From NCBI GenBank assembly GCA_964187785.1, contig OZ076409.1, positions 97,838,001 through 97,902,000 of the forward strand: DNA of 64,000 nt, in the 5' to 3' direction. This DNA comes from Amphiscolops sp. MND2022. Taxonomy: Eukaryota. The position numbers and the translations under genes are program-made. Shown here in pieces: positions 61,862-64,000 of the stretch. The stretch's first letter is position 1, and the number at the start of each line of letters is the position of its first letter. A model generated the notes under the pieces. That model ran no database searches. It had not been told where the DNA came from and saw only the letters and a program-made list of their open reading frames with translations.

Positions 61862-62608
61862 ATGATGGAAAAATATCTTTACCCCGAACCTCCTGTGCGC
61901 TGCATTATCTCAGGTAAATCAGCAAGTGGAAAATCAACTCTTCTATTCAAAATACTATTTAACATCATTAACGACTTTGATAAGATATTCATCTATTCAC
62001 CAACAATTCATCAACCAGTTTATAGAACTATTATAAAATGTTTTAACAACTTTCTTCCTTTGAATATCATTCAAAATATTCTCAAAGAAGGTATACCCCT
62101 TGATGAATTGGAAAAAACAATAGAAGAAATTATTAACGATGAAGACTTCGAATCATCACACATAGAATGTGAAAGCTATGAAAACATAGATGAATTAAAA
62201 AACCCACAAGATTATGATTTAAACATACATAATGTTATCATACTCGATGATTTGAATAAGCAACAGTTAAACGATGAAAAAGTACAGATGTTATTCAAAA
62301 GAGGTCGTCACAACAATCTTTCAATTTTCGTAATAACTCATGGTTTCTATGAACTTCCTAAAGATACGATACGCGAGAACTCTTCAATTATCCATCACTT
62401 TATAACGAATAATTTTGCGAATGTTGAGTGTTTACATCGTCAACTAAGCTCAACTGATATGCTAATCAAAGAGTTCAAATATTTCTGTAATAAAGTCTGG
62501 GAAAAAGATTTTAATTTCATCACACTAGATCTTAATAAGAAAAATGATGGAAAGTATCGTAGAAATTTAGATACTCTCTTTATTCCATCAACTGATCCAT
62601 TCAATTGA
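61862..62608 (+). CDS. A32-like packaging ATPase
   Basis: GKSASGKS, IILDD and KRGRHNNLSIFVITH. Confidence 0.92.
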   Translation: MMEKYLYPEPPVRCIISGKSASGKSTLLFKILFNIINDFDKIFIYSPTIHQPVYRTIIKCFNNFLPLNIIQNILKEGIPLDELEKTIEEIINDEDFESSHIECESYENIDELKNPQDYDLNIHNVIILDDLNKQQLNDEKVQMLFKRGRHNNLSIFVITHGFYELPKDTIRENSSIIHHFITNNFANVECLHRQLSSTDMLIKEFKYFCNKVWEKDFNFITLDLNKKNDGKYRRNLDTLFIPSTDPFN

Positions 62609-62629
62609 AACAATCATTTCCCTTTAAAT

Positions 62630-63194
62630 ATGGATTTAAAAAAGTGCTCAAAATGTAAAGTTGAAAAACCATTTTGTGAGTTCAATAAACAATCAAAGAC
62701 AAAAGATAAGCTATATCCATATTGCAGAATATGTGATAATATAAAATCATCCCAATGGGTTAAAAATAATTTCGAACAACATAGAAGAAGATGTAACAAT
62801 TATAAAAAAAAAGAGAAGAGTTGAAGACGAATCGTTTAGATTAGCATGTAATTTGCGAAGGAGATTACGCCAAGCTCTACTTAGACAAGTTGCTCACAAG
62901 TTTTCTAAAACTGAAGAGTTGTTGGGAATTTCATTCGAAGAATTCAAAAACTACATTGAATTTCTGATGACATTAGAAATGACTTGGAATAACATCGAAC
63001 TTGATCATGTACGCCCCCTATCATCATTCAATCTAACTGACCCCACTCAACTTAAAGAAGCATCTCATTACTCTAACATTCAACCTCTTCTAAAGAGTGA
63101 TAACAGGAAGAAAGGAGCAAGATATCACGAGCATGACCTGATGGTTCAAAATGAAAACCTATATGACTATGTGTATTTTAAGTACTATAAATAA
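62630..63194 (+). pseudogene. HNH-type endonuclease with an N-terminal Cys4 finger, frameshifted near 62810-62850
   Basis: CSKC..CRIC, then MTWNN.ELDHVRP...HYSNIQPL...NRKKG in another frame. Confidence 0.75.
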
Positions 63195-64000
63195 TGGCTT
63201 TTTACATGCCAAAGAATATAGAAGATCTCAACAAATTGAAAAAACTCATAAACCAAAAAAACGATATTAAAAAACAAAGACTAAACAAAAAGATTCAAAA
63301 CACAACCTTGAATTATGATCTAGCAGAACAATACGCCCCCATCTTGAATCTTCAAGAAAAACAGATAAAAGGACAAGAGGATAACACTCAAGCCATCGAA
63401 ACTCAAACAAAAATGTTAGAAGAAGGCACTACTCCATCATTAGAAGCTATAGAGGCAAGTGATGAAGAACAAAGTGCTAAAACAAAACCAATAGATGCTG
63501 ATATTTCTGATACAATCTCCGCCCTTTTAATTCAGACTAACACTCACCCACAGATGAAATTTTCAAAAAAAGATTTCAACAATTATGAAATTAACAAAAA
63601 ACCATTCAAACTTTACGATAATAAAATAAAATTTAATGAGATGGAATTTAAAATATCACCTGATTTCCTCAAACTATTCCTTAAAGCTAATAATATAGAT
63701 TATTCCGAATTTACTCGTGAAGAATCAGATGCATTAATAAACTTTATCAATTACGCAGGTGGTTTAGGGAGAGATAAAAGATCTAACCTCAATCAAGCTT
63801 TTAAATCCTTTAAACAAAATAACATCCAAGAAACTGATGGAGATGGAATCAGTTTCATTTTTCTATCTTCGGATCCAAATACTTTAGTCGAACGATTTGA
63901 AGTGCTAGTGGGTGAATCACTAGCAGGTAATACAAACGCATTTCGAGAAGCCTCAGCAATATTACACGAACTTTTAAGAATGAAAGAGATCACAGAAACT
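63194..64000 (+). CDS. Homologue of the 42340-43368 Polinton protein (3'-partial, absent from the ORF track)
   Basis: Starts MAFYMPKNIEDLNKLKKL..YDLAEQYAPI and ends near FLSSDPNTLVERFEVLVGESLAGN. Confidence 0.75.
   Translation, partial: MAFYMPKNIEDLNKLKKLINQKNDIKKQRLNKKIQNTTLNYDLAEQYAPILNLQEKQIKGQEDNTQAIETQTKMLEEGTTPSLEAIEASDEEQSAKTKPIDADISDTISALLIQTNTHPQMKFSKKDFNNYEINKKPFKLYDNKIKFNEMEFKISPDFLKLFLKANNIDYSEFTREESDALINFINYAGGLGRDKRSNLNQAFKSFKQNNIQETDGDGISFIFLSSDPNTLVERFEVLVGESLAGNTNAFREASAILHELLRMKEITET

Larger units (their letters stand above)
61004..64000 (+). mobile_element. Second Polinton-like element, left end only, runs off the window
   Basis: AGTAGT start, compact AT-rich intronless ORFs, an A32-like ATPase and a homologue of the 42340 protein. 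Confidence 0.8.

Overview
AT-rich, repeat-dense eukaryotic (animal-like) genomic DNA, not prokaryotic. One host gene runs across almost the whole window on the minus strand: a divergent SLC4 (band 3/bicarbonate transporter family) gene. Nine GT-AG exons, two of them micro-exons, join in consistent phase to give the N-terminal cytoplasmic domain, and a probable tenth exon lies near 2.2 kb. The introns hold a decayed Ty3/Gypsy (Mag-like) element, a decayed LINE, a decayed BEL/Pao element, Helentron-type non-autonomous elements (several carrying 170-200 bp tandem arrays) and a GG-ended MITE family with 8-bp TSDs. They also hold a complete 14.6-kb Polinton/Maverick at 39821-54387, with ~232-bp TIRs, a 6-bp TSD, protease, penton, major capsid, integrase, pPolB and two packaging-type ATPases. 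A second, different Polinton-like element starts at ~61004 and runs off the window. The most interesting signals are in Polinton 1: (1) 11 of 12 genes start at ATAAATG, matching the poxvirus late-promoter initiator, including a head-to-head pair only 34 bp apart; (2) a tRNA-like, VA-RNA-like structured Pol III candidate next to the right TIR; (3) tandem ATPase paralogues, one Zn-finger-fused and one membrane-anchored; (4) a GC-rich AGCTTCGCG-type motif scattered in-frame through the genes. All calls come from reading motifs by eye; no database searches were run.
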